The notes below the pieces were generated by a model, which saw nothing but the letters and a program-made list of their open reading frames with translations, made no database searches and was not told the DNA's origin. The translations under genes and the position numbers were made by a program. A stretch of DNA of 32,000 nt from Pseudomonas aeruginosa (GTDB taxonomy: Bacteria > Pseudomonadota > Gammaproteobacteria > Pseudomonadales > Pseudomonadaceae), in NCBI RefSeq assembly GCF_001457615.1, contig NZ_LN831024.1, positions 4,980,001 through 5,012,000 on the forward strand, in the 5' to 3' direction. This document shows, piece by piece, positions 12,907 through 24,784 of this stretch (position 1 is its first letter; each line of letters starts with the position of its first letter).

Positions 12907-13755
12907 TCAACTCTTCCCTTGGCGTTGCAAAGCCTGTTGATACAAAAGGTTTTTTCGCACCCCGGTAATTTCCGCCGCCAGCGCCGCGGCTTTCTTCAAC
13001 GGCAGCTCGGCAAGCAGCAGGTCGAGCACCCTGAGCGCCTCCGCACCGATCGACTCCTCGCCTTCCGGCGCCTGCCACCCCGCCACCAGCACAACGCACT
13101 CGCCGCGCTGCTGGTTGCTGTCCGACGCGACCCAATCGTGCAGTTCGGCCAACGGCAGGCTGCGAATGGTCTCGAAGGTCTTGCTCAGCTCCCGCGCCAG
13201 CACCGCACGGCGCTCCCCGCCGAACACGTCGCGCATGTCCGCCAGGCTTTCCAGCAGACGATGGGGCGCCTCGTAGAAAATCAGCGTGCGCGGCTCTTCC
13301 TGTACCGCCTGGAGGCGGCTGCGTCGTCCCGCAGCCTTGGCGGGCAGGAAACCTTCGAAGATGAACCGGTCCGACGGCAATCCCGCCGCCGACAGCGCCG
13401 CGATCAGCGCGCAGGAGCCCGGCACCGGGACCACCCGGATACCCAGCGCCTGTGCCTGGCGCACCAGGTGGAAGCCGGGATCGGAAATCAGCGGGGTACC
13501 GGCGTCCGAGATCAGCGCGACGTCCTCCCCACCCTGCAGCCGGGAGATGAAGCGCCCGCCCTCCTCGCGCTCGTTGTGCTCGTGGCAGGCCGCCAATGGC
13601 GTCTCGATGCCGAAGTGCTGGAACAGCCGGATCGAATGGCGGGTATCCTCCGCAGCCACCAGGGCCACCTCCCGCAGCACCCGCAGGGCGCGCGGGCTGA
13701 TGTCGTCGAGATTGCCGATCGGGGTCGCCACTACGAACAGAGTGCCTGCTGACAC
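12907..13755 (-). CDS. rsmI: 16S rRNA 2'-O-ribose C1402 methyltransferase RsmI.
   Basis: This is the C-terminal 282 codons of track ORF 12907..14580. The upstream part of that ORF is antisense to lpoA. The GTG at 13755 follows a GAGG SD. The sequence [27 protein letters not shown] is the typical RsmI (tetrapyrrole-methylase fold) N-terminus. A TACAAT -10-like hexamer lies at 13794-13789. Confidence 0.9.
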   Translation of the reverse strand: MSAGTLFVVATPIGNLDDISPRALRVLREVALVAAEDTRHSIRLFQHFGIETPLAACHEHNEREEGGRFISRLQGGEDVALISDAGTPLISDPGFHLVRQAQALGIRVVPVPGSCALIAALSAAGLPSDRFIFEGFLPAKAAGRRSRLQAVQEEPRTLIFYEAPHRLLESLADMRDVFGGERRAVLARELSKTFETIRSLPLAELHDWVASDSNQQRGECVVLVAGWQAPEGEESIGAEALRVLDLLLAELPLKKAAALAAEITGVRKNLLYQQALQRQGKS

Positions 13756-13881
13756 GAAAATACCTCGGGAGCTATCTGAAAAGGCGGCATTGTATCGCGA
13801 TTCAGGGTGCCGCCATCGCACCCGAGGCGGGCCTCCGGTACAATCGGCGACTCTTCGTGAATGCGCCATGAGAAGCCCTAT

Positions 13882-15692
13882 ATGATCGCTTGCCTGCGTC
13901 CGCTTTCTGCTCTGATCCTGGCCGGTCTGCTGACCGCCTGCGCGACCTCGTCCAATTCCGGACTGGGCGAACTTCCCCGTACGCCGAATGCCAGCATCGA
14001 GCAGTTGTTGCAACAGGCCAGCCAGAGCAAGCCCGAGGAAGCGGCGCTGCTGCGCCTCTCGGCAGCGGACCTTGCCTACCAGCAGAAGGACCTCGCCAGG
14101 TCCACCGCCATCCTGGGACAGATTCCGCTGGAAAGCCTGAAGCCGGCCCAGCAGGTCTTCGCCAGCACCCTGAACGCCGAACTGGCCCTCGCCCGCAGCA
14201 AGCCCAAGGCCGCCCTGCAGGCATTGCAGCATCCGAGCATGCAGCATCTCAGCGAACTGCCGGTGACCCAGCAGGTTCGTACCCAGCGCGCCAAGGCCCA
14301 GGCCCTCGCCGCCGACGGCCAGGTCCTTGCCGCAGCCAAGGAGCGCATCTACTTCGCACCGCTGCTCGAGGGCCCGGCGGTGATCGAGAACCAGGAAAAG
14401 ATCTGGACCCTGGTCAGCAGCCTGCCGGTCGACCAGTTGCAACCGAGCGCCAACGAAGGCGACCTCAGCGGCTGGCTGACCCTGGCACGCATCACCAAGA
14501 CCTCGCCGACCCTGCAGCAACAGCAGGCCAGCATCGAGAGCTGGCAACAGCAGAACCCCGAGCACCCGGCGGCCAAGCACTTGCCGGCGGCGCTGGAGAA
14601 ACTCAAGACGCTGTCCCAGCAGCCGCTGACCCGCATCGCCCTCCTGCTACCCCAGCAGGGGCAGTTGGCCAACGTCGCCCGGGCCCTGCAGGATGGCTTC
14701 CTCGCCGCCCACTTCCAGGCCCAGCAGGCCGGCCAGAATCCTCCTTCGATCAAGCTCTACGACAGTACCCAGGTGCGCTCGCTAGATGACTTCTACCGCC
14801 AGGCCCAGGCCGATGGCGTCGAACTGGTCGTCGGTCCACTGGAGAAGCCGCTGGTCAAGCAACTCGCTAGCCGCGAGCAACTGCCGATCACCACCCTCGC
14901 ACTCAACTACAGCGACAACAGCCAGGAAGGCCCGGCGCAGCTGTTCCAGTTCGGCCTCGCCGCCGAGGACGAAGCGCGCGCGGTGGCCAGCCGGGCCTGG
15001 GGCGACGGCATGCGCCGGGCCGTGGCGCTGGTGCCGCGCGGCGAATGGGGCGACCGCGTGTTGGCCGCCTTCAGCCAGAGCTGGCAGTCCGCGGGCGGCA
15101 GCCTGATCGCCGCCGAGCATGTCGACCAGCCGGTACAACTGGCGCAACAGATCGCCGACCTGCTGCAACTGCGCCAGAGCGAAGGCCGCGCCCAGCGCCT
15201 GCAGGGCACCCTCGGCAGCCAGATCGCCACCCAGCCGTCGCGCCGCCAGGACATCGACTTCGTGTTCCTCGCCGCCACCCCGCAGCAGGCCCGCCAGATC
15301 AAGCCGACCCTGGCCTTCCAGTACGCCGGCGACCTTCCGGTCTACGCCACTTCGCACCTCTACACCGGGACCAACAACCCGACCCAGGACCAGGATCTCA
15401 ACGGCATCCGCTTCTGCGAGACCCCGTGGCTGCTCAACCCCAGCGACCCGACCCGCCAGCAGGTCGCCGCCCAATGGCCCCAGGCCAACGGCAGCATGGG
15501 CCGCCTCTACGCCATGGGCGTCGACGCCTACCGCCTCGCTCCGCGTCTGCCTGAACTGAAGGCCGTGCCGAGCCTGCAGATCGACGGCCTGACCGGTACC
15601 CTGAGCCTGAATCCGACCCAACGTATCGAACGCCAGTTGCAATGGGCCGAGTTCCGCAATGGCCAGGTCCAGCCGCTGGGGACCAGCAGCTT

Positions 15693-15696
<4 letters not shown>
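13882..15696 (+). CDS. lpoA: Outer-membrane lipoprotein LpoA (LppC family), activator of PBP1a.
   Basis: This is ORF 13861..15696. It has a lipoprotein signal with the lipobox LLTAC, followed by a helical TPR-like N-domain and a periplasmic-binding-like C-domain. It occupies the conserved position after the divergent rsmI. The start is either ATG 13882 or ATG 13861. A TACAAT hexamer at 13839-13844 slightly favours 13882. Confidence 0.85.
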
Positions 15697-17267
<1,571 letters not shown>

Positions 17268-17280
17268 AGAACAGCGAACG

Positions 17281-17310
17281 AAAAAAAGGCGATCCTTCGA
17301 TCGCCTTTTT
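17281..17310. terminator. Bidirectional rho-independent terminator between dolP (+) and sspB (-).
   Basis: An A7 run is followed by the stem GGCGATC (17288-17294), loop CTTC, the stem GATCGCC (17299-17305) and a T5 run. Confidence 0.8.
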
Positions 17311-17323
17311 CATTGCCCGCCGT

Positions 17324-17737
17324 TTACTTGACCACCTTCAGGGATGGCCTGCCACTGGGACGCGGCGGCTCATCGGACGGTCCGCCATCGTCATCGCCCG
17401 GCTCGTCGTCCACCGGACCCGGCTGCTCCAGATCGAAGACCATGCCCTGGCCGTTTTCCCGGGCGTAGATGGCCATTACCGCCAGCGCTGGAATGTACAG
17501 GCTCTGCGCCACGCCGCCGAAACGCCCCTCGAAGCTGACCGCCTCGTTGTCCATGTGCAGATGCCGCACGGCAGAGGGCGAGACATTGAGCACGATCTGC
17601 CCATCGCTGGCATAGCCCGGAGGCACCTTTACCCCGGCGAACTCTGCGTTCACCAGGATATGCGGCGTGCAATCGTTGTCGACGATCCATTCATAGAGCG
17701 CGCGGACCAGATAGGGACGGCTGGAATTCATCTTCAT
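17324..17737 (-). CDS. sspB: ClpXP adaptor / stringent starvation protein B.
   Basis: ORF 17324..17737 is 137 aa, beginning SRPYLVRALYEWIVDN. It has an acidic linker and a C-terminal RPSLKVVK ClpX-binding tail. ATG 17731 is the alternative start. Confidence 0.93.
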   Translation of the reverse strand: MKMNSSRPYLVRALYEWIVDNDCTPHILVNAEFAGVKVPPGYASDGQIVLNVSPSAVRHLHMDNEAVSFEGRFGGVAQSLYIPALAVMAIYARENGQGMVFDLEQPGPVDDEPGDDDGGPSDEPPRPSGRPSLKVVK

Positions 17738-17742
17738 GTTCC

Positions 17743-18360
17743 TTAACGCATATCTCGTTCAACGGAAGACAGGCTGGCCCGGAAGCTTTCCCGGGCGAAT
17801 CCGCGCTCCATGTAGTCGAGCAACGGCTTGGCCTGCCGCGGCAACTCGATGCCCAGCAGCGGCAGACGCCAGAGGATCGGCAACAGGCAGCAATCCACCA
17901 GGCTGAAATCCTCGCTGAGGAAATATGCCTTGTCGGCGAACAGCGGGGAAACCCCGGTCAGGCTCTCGCGCAACTCCTTGCGCGCCTGGACCCGCTCGGC
18001 CTCCTTGCTGCGCGCATCCAGGATCCGGTCCACCAGGGAACACCAGTCCCGCTGGATACGATGGATCAACAGGCGGCTGTTGGCACGCTTCACCGGATAA
18101 TCGGGCAGCAGCGGCGGATGCGGATAGCGTTCGTCGAGGTATTCCATGACCACCGTCGGCTCGTACAGCGCCAGGTCGCGATCGACCAGGGTCGGTACGC
18201 TGCCGTAGGGGTTGACCTCCGCCAGCATCGGCGGACAGCGGCCCGCCTCGATATCGATCACCTCTACCGCCACGTTCTTCTCGGCCAGGACCAGGCGGAT
18301 GCGATGGCAGTAATGATCGGCAGGGTCGGAATAGCAGGTCAGCTTGTTGATTGAAGCCAT
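17743..18360 (-). CDS. sspA: Stringent starvation protein A (GST-like RNAP-associated protein).
   Basis: ORF 17743..18360 is 205 aa with a GST fold ([13 protein letters not shown]). It is followed 5 nt later by sspB. Confidence 0.94.
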   Translation of the reverse strand: MASINKLTCYSDPADHYCHRIRLVLAEKNVAVEVIDIEAGRCPPMLAEVNPYGSVPTLVDRDLALYEPTVVMEYLDERYPHPPLLPDYPVKRANSRLLIHRIQRDWCSLVDRILDARSKEAERVQARKELRESLTGVSPLFADKAYFLSEDFSLVDCCLLPILWRLPLLGIELPRQAKPLLDYMERGFARESFRASLSSVERDMR

Positions 18361-18393
18361 GGAGCCCTCCTCGCAGGTCGACTTGTGGGAGGT

Positions 18394-18426
18394 GAAAAGA
18401 CGCGCGCGCCCCGTAGGGCGCGCGCT
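18394..18426 (-). terminator. Rho-independent terminator after the bc1 operon.
   Basis: The 10-bp GC stem pairs GCGCGCGCCC (18402-18411) with GGGCGCGCGC (18416-18425) around the loop CGTA. On the minus strand it is followed by UCUUUUC. It lies 20 nt after the petC stop. Confidence 0.75.
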
Positions 18427-18445
18427 TCGAAGACCAACGTGCGGG

Positions 18446-19228
18446 TTAGTGCACGTCCTTCCAGTACTCGCGCTTGAGGAGATAGGCGAATACGAAGAAG
18501 AAGGCCAGGTAGAGCAGGACGTAGGTACCGATACGCTCGGAGGCCAGCTTGTTCGGGTTGGCCGAATAGGCCAGGAAGGTCACCAGGTTCTTGACCTTCT
18601 CGTCGAACTGAGCTTCGTTCAGTTCGCCGGTCTTCGGCACCACGGTCAACTGGTCACAAGCTTCGTGAGTCAGCGGGGTACCGGTCAACGGATCGAACTG
18701 CTTCTTGCCATCCTCGACCACCTGTACCTGCTTGCAGCCGATCACCTGGCGTCCCTGCAGGGGCGCCAGGACGTTCGGCATGCCGACGTTGGGGAAGATC
18801 ACGTTGTTCACGCCCCACGGACGCTTGGGATCCTCGTAGAACGAGCGCAGGTAGCTGTACAGCCAGTCGGTGCCGCGTACGCGGGCAACCAGGGTCAGAT
18901 CCGGCGGAGCGGCGCCGAACCAGGTCTTGGCGTCGGCCGGCTTCATGCCGATGTCCATGTGGTCGCCGATCTTGGCGCCGGTGAACACCAGCTTCTCCAT
19001 CATCAGATCGGCAGGAATGCCCAGGTCGGTGGCGACACGCTCGTAACGCTGGAACTTGGCGCTATGGCAGCCCATGCAGTAGTTGGCGAAGGTACGCGCG
19101 CCATCCTGCATGGCCGCCTTGTCGGTCAGGTCGATGTCGACATGATCCAGTTGCGGCCCATGGCCGCCAGCGGCGAAACCCAGGACTGGCAGTACCGCCA
19201 GAATCAGTGCAGCGAATTGCTTTTTCAT
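18446..19228 (-). CDS. petC: Cytochrome c1 of the ubiquinol-cytochrome c reductase.
   Basis: This is ORF 18446..19468, trimmed to the ATG at 19228 ([19 protein letters not shown] signal peptide), giving 260 aa. It has the CMGCH heme motif and a C-terminal TM anchor. The start shares one nt with the petB TGA. Confidence 0.93.
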   Translation of the reverse strand: MKKQFAALILAVLPVLGFAAGGHGPQLDHVDIDLTDKAAMQDGARTFANYCMGCHSAKFQRYERVATDLGIPADLMMEKLVFTGAKIGDHMDIGMKPADAKTWFGAAPPDLTLVARVRGTDWLYSYLRSFYEDPKRPWGVNNVIFPNVGMPNVLAPLQGRQVIGCKQVQVVEDGKKQFDPLTGTPLTHEACDQLTVVPKTGELNEAQFDEKVKNLVTFLAYSANPNKLASERIGTYVLLYLAFFFVFAYLLKREYWKDVH

Positions 19229-20439
19229 CAGCCAGTCACCCTTTCCGGAACCGGTTTGGTCTTCTCCATCCGGGTGTAGAACGGCATCAGGATGAAGAAG
19301 GCGAAATACAGGACGGTGCAAACGCGCGACAGGGTAGTACCCAGCGGGCTCGGAGCCTGGGCGCCGTAGTAGCCGAGGATCACGAAGGACACCGCGAAGA
19401 TCACCAGCCACAGCTTGCTCAGCCAGCCCTTGTAGCGGATCGAGCGAACCGGGCTGCGATCCAGCCACGGCAGGACGAACAGCACGGCGATCGCCGCACC
19501 CATCGCCACCACGCCCATCAGCTTGTCCGGAACCGCGCGGAGGATCGCGTAGAACGGGGTGAAGTACCAGACCGGAGCGATGTGCTCGGGGGTCTTGAAC
19601 TGGTTGGCCATCTCGAAGTTGGGCTTCTCGAGGAAGTAGCCGCCCATTTCCGGGAAGAAGAAGATCACGGTGCAGAAGATGAACAGGAACACCACCACAC
19701 CGACGATATCCTTCACGGTGTAGTACGGATGGAACGCGATGCCGTCCAGCGGTACGCCGTTCTCGTCCTTCTTCTTCTTGATGTCAACGCCGTCCGGGTT
19801 GTTCGAACCGACTTCGTGCAGCGCCAGGATGTGCAGCACGACCAGGCCGAGCAGGACGATCGGCAGGGCGATCACATGCAGGGCGAAGAAGCGGTTCAGG
19901 GTGATGCCGGAGATCAGGAAGTCACCGCGGATCCACTGGGCCAGGTCTTCGCCGACCACCGGAATCGCGCCGAACAGGGAAATGATCACCTGGGCGCCCC
20001 AGTAGGACATCTGACCCCAAGGCAGCAGGTAGCCCATGAAGGCCTCGGCCATCAGCGCCAGGTAGATCAGCATGCCGAAGATCCACACCAGCTCGCGCGG
20101 CTTCTGATAGGAGCCGTAGAGCAGGCCGCGGAACATGTGCAGGTAGACCACGATGAAGAACGCCGATGCACCGGTGGAGTGCATGTAGCGAATGATCCAG
20201 CCGTAGTCGACATCGCGCATGATGTATTCGACGGAAGCGAACGCCTCTTCGGCCGACGGCGTGAAGCTCATGGTCAGCCAGATGCCGGTGAGGATCTGGT
20301 TGACCAGCACCAGCAGCGCCAGGGAACCGAAGAAATACCAGAAGTTGAAGTTCTTCGGTGCGTAGTACTTGCTCAGATGGTCTTCCCACATCTTGGTCGC
20401 GGGAAAACGCGCATCGACCCAAGCCATGAACTTGTTCAT
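19228..20439 (-). CDS. petB: Cytochrome b of the bc1 complex.
   Basis: ORF 19228..20439 is 403 aa and polytopic, with conserved heme-ligand His regions (RYMHSTGAS, FALHVIALP). Confidence 0.95.
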   Translation of the reverse strand: MNKFMAWVDARFPATKMWEDHLSKYYAPKNFNFWYFFGSLALLVLVNQILTGIWLTMSFTPSAEEAFASVEYIMRDVDYGWIIRYMHSTGASAFFIVVYLHMFRGLLYGSYQKPRELVWIFGMLIYLALMAEAFMGYLLPWGQMSYWGAQVIISLFGAIPVVGEDLAQWIRGDFLISGITLNRFFALHVIALPIVLLGLVVLHILALHEVGSNNPDGVDIKKKKDENGVPLDGIAFHPYYTVKDIVGVVVFLFIFCTVIFFFPEMGGYFLEKPNFEMANQFKTPEHIAPVWYFTPFYAILRAVPDKLMGVVAMGAAIAVLFVLPWLDRSPVRSIRYKGWLSKLWLVIFAVSFVILGYYGAQAPSPLGTTLSRVCTVLYFAFFILMPFYTRMEKTKPVPERVTG

Positions 20440-21032
20440 CAGGCTTTCTCCTGGTCCACGCCGATGGTGATGACGTCGTCAGCATCGAACGTATAAGGCG
20501 GAATCGGCAGGTTCAGCGGCGCTGGCTGGCCTTTGTAGACACGACCGGCGAGGTCGTAGTGGGAGCCGTGGCAAGGGCAGAAGTAGCCACCCTTCCAGTC
20601 CGGACCGAGGTCGGCGGGGGCGACTTCGGGACGGAAGGTCGGCGAGCAGCCCAAGTGGGTGCAGATGCCGACGATCACCGCCAGTTCCGGCTTGATCGAG
20701 CGAAGCTTGGGATCGACGTACTCCGGCTGCTCCGAGGCCTTGGAGTCCGGGTCGGCCAGTTGTCCTTCGAGGCTCGGCAGGGCGTCCAGCATCTCCTTCG
20801 TGCGGTGCACGATGAATACAGGCTTGCCGCGCCATTCAGCGATGATCTGCTGACCTGGATCGATCTTGCCCACGTTCACCTGCACCGGCGCGCCAGCAGC
20901 CTTGGCTTTGGCACTGGGGAACCATGACCCTACGAACGGGACCGCAGCACCCACCGCTCCCGCCGCGCCAACCACAGAGGTGGCCGCGACGAGGAAGCGA
21001 CGCCGGCCTGCATTCACGCCGTCATTACTCAT
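20439..21032 (-). CDS. petA: Rieske 2Fe-2S subunit of the bc1 complex.
   Basis: ORF 20439..21032 is 197 aa. It has a Tat-type N-terminus (GRRRFLVA) and the Rieske boxes CTHLGC and CPCHGS. Confidence 0.95.
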   Translation of the reverse strand: MSNDGVNAGRRRFLVAATSVVGAAGAVGAAVPFVGSWFPSAKAKAAGAPVQVNVGKIDPGQQIIAEWRGKPVFIVHRTKEMLDALPSLEGQLADPDSKASEQPEYVDPKLRSIKPELAVIVGICTHLGCSPTFRPEVAPADLGPDWKGGYFCPCHGSHYDLAGRVYKGQPAPLNLPIPPYTFDADDVITIGVDQEKA

Positions 21033-21231
21033 TCAGTCGTCTCCCATCAGCTTCAGACCTGTTCTAATCAGGCCTTTAAGTAAAAATTCGAGCCGCGCAA
21101 AAAATTCGCCAAATGGTAAAGAAAACCCCCTTTGATGACAAGGTAATAGCCTGACACAAAACGCCCGAAACCCTTGTAGGGCGCGCCCTTCGGCCATGCG
21201 ACACCTTGCCGCAGAGTTAAAGCGTAGACAT

Positions 21232-21267
21232 AAAAAAACGCCCAGCTCCGAAGAGGTGGGCGTTTTT
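21232..21267 (-). terminator. Rho-independent terminator after rplM-rpsI.
   Basis: An A7 run is followed by the stem CGCCCAGCTC, loop CGAA, the stem GAGGTGGGCG (one mismatch) and a T5 run. It lies 15 nt after the rpsI stop. Its symmetric A and T tracts could allow it to act in both directions. Confidence 0.75.
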
Positions 21268-21281
21268 CAGCAAGCGTCGAA

Positions 21282-21674
21282 TTAACGCTTGGAGTACTGC
21301 GGACGCTTACGCGCTTTACGCAGACCGACTTTCTTACGCTCGACTTCACGGGCATCGCGAGTCACGTAGCCGGCCTTGCGCAGCGAGCTACGCAGGGTTT
21401 CGTCGTACTCGATCAGGGCACGGGTGATGCCGTGACGGATCGCACCGGCCTGACCGCTTACGCCACCGCCAACGACGGTAACGAAGATGTCGAACTTCTC
21501 GACAGTCTCGGTCAGCTCGAGCGGCTGACGCACGACCATGCGAGCGGTTTCACGACCGAAGAACTGATCGAGACCACGGTTGTTGATGGAAATCTTGCCA
21601 GTACCCGGACGCAGGAAGACGCGAGCGGTAGCGGTCTTACGACGGCCAGTGCCGTAATTTTGAGTCGCCGACAT
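21282..21674 (-). CDS. rpsI: 30S ribosomal protein S9.
   Basis: ORF 21282..21674 is 130 aa and ends in the [11 protein letters not shown] tail. Confidence 0.97.
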   Translation of the reverse strand: MSATQNYGTGRRKTATARVFLRPGTGKISINNRGLDQFFGRETARMVVRQPLELTETVEKFDIFVTVVGGGVSGQAGAIRHGITRALIEYDETLRSSLRKAGYVTRDAREVERKKVGLRKARKRPQYSKR

Positions 21675-21688
21675 AATGAGCTATCCCG

Positions 21689-22117
21689 TTAAATCTTCAG
21701 TTCTTGGGGCTGCTGAGCGGTGTGCGGGTGGCTGGCACCCTTGTACACCTTCAGCTTGCGATACATATCGCGACCCAGAGGGTTCTTCGGCAGCATGCCT
21801 TTTACAGCGGTCTCGATGACGCGCTCAGGGGCCTTGGCGATCAGCTTCTCGAAGTTGATCGACTTGATGCCGCCCGGGAAGCCGGAGTGGTGGTAGTACA
21901 TCTTGTCGGTGGTCTTGGCACCGGTCACACGCACCTGCTCGGCGTTGATGACGACGATGTAGTCGCCGGTGTCAACGTGCGGAGTGTACTCAGGCTTGTG
22001 CTTGCCACGCAGGCGGCGGGCAATTTCGGTCGCCAGACGACCCAGGGTCTGGCCGGCAGCGTCGACGACGAACCAGTCGCGCTGTACAGTTTCCGGTTTC
22101 GCGGTATAGGTTTTCAT
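21689..22117 (-). CDS. rplM: 50S ribosomal protein L13.
   Basis: ORF 21689..22117 is 142 aa, beginning [20 protein letters not shown]. Confidence 0.97.
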
Positions 22118-22157
22118 TCGTTATAGCCTCAGGGGCCGCCTGAAAATAAGACGGCGA

Positions 22158-22186
22158 ATCTTACTGGACAGTGGTTGCCTTGACAA
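22158..22186 (-). promoter_or_regulatory. Candidate sigma70 promoter of rplM-rpsI.
   Basis: On the minus strand there is TTGTCA (22186-22181), a 17-nt spacer, then TAAGAT (22163-22158). It lies about 40 nt upstream of the rplM ATG. The -35 element sits inside the palindrome CCTTGACAAGTCAAGG (22178-22193). Confidence 0.4.
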
Positions 22187-22362
22187 GTCAAGGACAGCCG
22201 AAAACAGACACGAATTGGGGCTCGGGTCGGTGTGCGTCCGTAACGACTAGATACATCGATCGGCAGGCTTGGCATCCCCCACCGATGAAAGGCTGCGGAA
22301 TTATGCAGATTTCGCCAGAATTTACAACCGCATTAACCACTTAATTTCACGAGGACACCCGC

Positions 22363-23400
22363 ATGGAGTATCGCCCGCTCGGCCGCACCGATCTGAAAGT
22401 CAGCGCCCTCTGCCTCGGCACCATGACCTGGGGCGAGCAGAACAGCGAGCAGGACGCCTTCGCCCAGATCGCCAGGGCCAAGGCCGCCGGGATCAATTTC
22501 ATGGATACCGCCGAAATGTATCCGGTGCCGCCCCGCGCCGAGACCTACGCCAGCACCGAGCGCATCATCGGCAACTGGTTCCGCCGCAGCAGCGACCGCG
22601 CCGACTGGATCCTCGCCAGCAAGATCGCCGGCCCCGGCAACGGCATCAGCCATGTGCGCGACGGCAACCTCAAGTTCAACCGCCAGCACATCGTCGCCGC
22701 CCTCGATGCCAGCCTGGAGCGCCTGCAGACAGACTGGCTGGACCTCTACCAGTTGCACTGGCCGGAGCGGCGGACCAACTTCTTCGGCCAGCTCGGCTAC
22801 CAGCACCAGGAAGAGAGCTTCACACCGCTGGAGGAAACCCTGGAAGTGCTCGACGAGCAGGTGCGCGCCGGCAAGATCCGCCACATCGGCCTGTCCAACG
22901 AGACGCCCTGGGGCACCATGACCTTCCTCAGGCTCGCCGAGGAGCGCGGCTGGCCGCGCGCGGTATCGATCCAGAACCCCTACAACCTGCTCAACCGCAG
23001 CTTCGAGGTGGGCCTGGCGGAAATCGCCATCCGCGAGCAGTGCGGCCTGCTGGCCTACTCGCCGATGGCCTTCGGCATGCTTTCCGGCAAGTACACGGAC
23101 GGCGCCCGCCCGGCCAACGCGCGCATCAGTCTGTACAGCCGCTTCACCCGCTACACCAACCCGCAGGCGGAAGCGGCCTGCGCGCGCTACGTAGCGCTGG
23201 CCCGCGAACATGGAATGGAACCGGCGCAGATGGCACTGGCCTACGTCACCTCGCGGCCGTTCGTGACCAGCAACATCATCGGCGCCACCTCGCTGGAACA
23301 GCTGGAAACCAATCTCGGCAGCGTCGACCTGAGGCTGGACGAGGAATTGCTCGCCGGTATCGATGCAATCCACCGGGAGCAACCGAACCCGGCTCCCTGA
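22363..23400 (+). CDS. tas: NADP(H)-dependent aldo-keto reductase, Tas-like.
   Basis: ORF 22363..23400 is 345 aa. Long stretches are collinear with my recollection of E. coli Tas: LGTMTWGEQNSE, DTAEMYPVPP, LQTDWLDLYQLHWP, IQNPYNLLNRSFEVGLAE. Confidence 0.88.
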   Translation: MEYRPLGRTDLKVSALCLGTMTWGEQNSEQDAFAQIARAKAAGINFMDTAEMYPVPPRAETYASTERIIGNWFRRSSDRADWILASKIAGPGNGISHVRDGNLKFNRQHIVAALDASLERLQTDWLDLYQLHWPERRTNFFGQLGYQHQEESFTPLEETLEVLDEQVRAGKIRHIGLSNETPWGTMTFLRLAEERGWPRAVSIQNPYNLLNRSFEVGLAEIAIREQCGLLAYSPMAFGMLSGKYTDGARPANARISLYSRFTRYTNPQAEAACARYVALAREHGMEPAQMALAYVTSRPFVTSNIIGATSLEQLETNLGSVDLRLDEELLAGIDAIHREQPNPAP

Positions 23401-23431
23401 GCCTCCAGGGGCCTGGCGCTGCCGCGGGTTC

Positions 23432-23462
23432 GGCGGACAACCGCGCGATGCGGTCGTCCGCC
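23432..23462. other. GC-rich imperfect hairpin in the convergent tas / ACAD gap. It may be a terminator but has no U-tract.
   Basis: The structure reads GGCGGAC-A-ACCGC [GCGAT] GCGGT-C-GTCCGCC, giving 12 paired positions and one A/C mismatch. There is no flanking T or A run. Confidence 0.3.
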
Positions 23463-23484
23463 CCTCCCGGTGACCAGGCGCGCC

Positions 23485-24621
23485 TCACAGGGCCCGCGCG
23501 ATGATCTCCTTCATGATCTCGTTGGTACCGGCGTAGATCCGCTGCACCCGGGCATCGGCCCAGGCCCGCGCCACCGGATATTCCCACATGAAGCCGTAGC
23601 CGCCGTGCAACTGCACGCATTCGTCGAGCACCTTGCATTGCAGGTCCGTCGTCCAGTACTTGCACATGGCGGCGGTGGGTACGTCCAGCTTGCCCTGGAG
23701 ATGCTGCTCCATACATCGATCGACGAAGACCCGGCCGACCTGGATCTCGGTAGCCATCTCGGCAAGCTTGAAGCGGGTATTCTGGAAGTCCGCCACCGAC
23801 TTGCCGAACGCCTTGCGCTCGCGAGTGTAGTCGAGCGTCCATTGCAGGGCCGCCTCGGCCGACGCCAGCGCGCCGATACCGACGGTCAGGCGCTCCTGCG
23901 GCAGCTCCTGCATCAGGTAGATGAATCCCTGGCCGTCCTTGCCGAGCAGGTTCTCCCGGGGAATCCGCACATCCTGGAAGAACAGCTCGGAGGTGTCCTG
24001 GGCCTTCATCCCGACCTTCTCCAGGCGCTTGCCCTTGCTGAAGCCCGGCGTACCCGCCTCGACCACGAACAGGCTTATGCCCTTGGCGCCAGCCTTCGGA
24101 TCGGTCTTCGCCACCACGATCACCAGGTCGGCGAGGAAGCCGTTGGTGATGAAGGTCTTCGAGCCATTGATGACGTACTCGTCGCCATCCAGTACCGCAG
24201 TGGTCTTCACCCCTTGCAGGTCGGAACCGGCCCCCGGCTCGGTCATGGCGATGGCCGCGACCATCTCGCCGGATACCAGCTTCGGCAGGTACTTGCGCTT
24301 CAGCGCCTCGCTGCCGTAGTGGAGGATGTAGGGTGCAGCGATGTCCGAATGCAGGGAGAAACCGATCCCGGTCAGGCCGGCCCGACCGATCTCTTCGATG
24401 ACCACGGCGCTGTAGAGGAAGTCCGCGCCCATCCCGCCATACTCTTCCGGCAGGTGCGAACAGAGCATTCCGGCCTCGCCGGCCTTGTTCCAGAGCGCGC
24501 GGTCGACATGCCCATCCTTTTCCCATTGGTGATGGAAAGGCACGGCTTCCTGTTCGAGGAACTTGCGCACGCTGTCGCGAAACAGTTCGTGGTCGGAGCT
24601 GAACAGGGTTCTCGGTATCAT
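23485..24621 (-). CDS. Acyl-CoA dehydrogenase, long-chain (LCAD)-like subtype.
   Basis: This is ORF 23485..24705, trimmed to the ATG at 24621 after an AGGTGA SD, giving 378 aa. It has an ACAD fold (TEPGAGSD, INGSKTFITNG). The stretches GFIYLMQELPQERL and RIYAGTNEIMKEIIARAL resemble LCAD. Confidence 0.88.
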   Translation of the reverse strand: MIPRTLFSSDHELFRDSVRKFLEQEAVPFHHQWEKDGHVDRALWNKAGEAGMLCSHLPEEYGGMGADFLYSAVVIEEIGRAGLTGIGFSLHSDIAAPYILHYGSEALKRKYLPKLVSGEMVAAIAMTEPGAGSDLQGVKTTAVLDGDEYVINGSKTFITNGFLADLVIVVAKTDPKAGAKGISLFVVEAGTPGFSKGKRLEKVGMKAQDTSELFFQDVRIPRENLLGKDGQGFIYLMQELPQERLTVGIGALASAEAALQWTLDYTRERKAFGKSVADFQNTRFKLAEMATEIQVGRVFVDRCMEQHLQGKLDVPTAAMCKYWTTDLQCKVLDECVQLHGGYGFMWEYPVARAWADARVQRIYAGTNEIMKEIIARAL

Positions 24622-24784
24622 CGTGGTCACCTGGAAACAGTCTGGGATCGGGTTGGCTGCACGCGGCAGGTCTTCGACTGTAGGGAAATGCCCCGACCGA
24701 CGCACTGGACAGTTGCGCCAAAAAATAAGACGATCCAGCCGCCTTTTGACCGCTTTCCCTTACTCACAACAACGATAAAAATCC

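Noticed and set aside
12432-13135. Small ORFs 12432..12626 (-), 12468..12740 (+) and 12788..13135 (-) lie in the mraZ-rsmI gap.
   Set aside because: They overlap the RNase P RNA, whose conserved core sequences are unambiguous. The third also overlaps the rsmI 3' end out of frame.
13783-13814. The hairpin GGCGGCA [18-nt loop] TGCCGCC is followed by TTTT on the minus strand, just upstream of rsmI. It could be a leader attenuator.
   Set aside because: The stem is only 7 bp and the loop is large. The element also overlaps a TACAAT -10-like hexamer (13794-13789), so it is more simply read as promoter DNA. There is no supporting leader peptide or antiterminator.
12907-14580. A 557-aa minus-strand ORF suggests a much longer RsmI.
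   Set aside because: Only the last 282 codons resemble RsmI. The upstream part is antisense to lpoA and crosses the rsmI/lpoA intergenic region. The GTG at 13755, with an SD, gives the canonical family N-terminus.
21033-21231. A possible promoter (TTGTCA, 17 nt, TACCAT at 21141-21113) or an sRNA may lie in the roughly 250-bp gap upstream of petA. ORF 21068..21355 also lies here.
   Set aside because: The hexamer match is weak, and I found no Anr/Fnr-type TTGAT-N4-ATCAA box. The ORF overlaps rpsI and its terminator and has no SD. The evidence is not strong enough to report as a feature.
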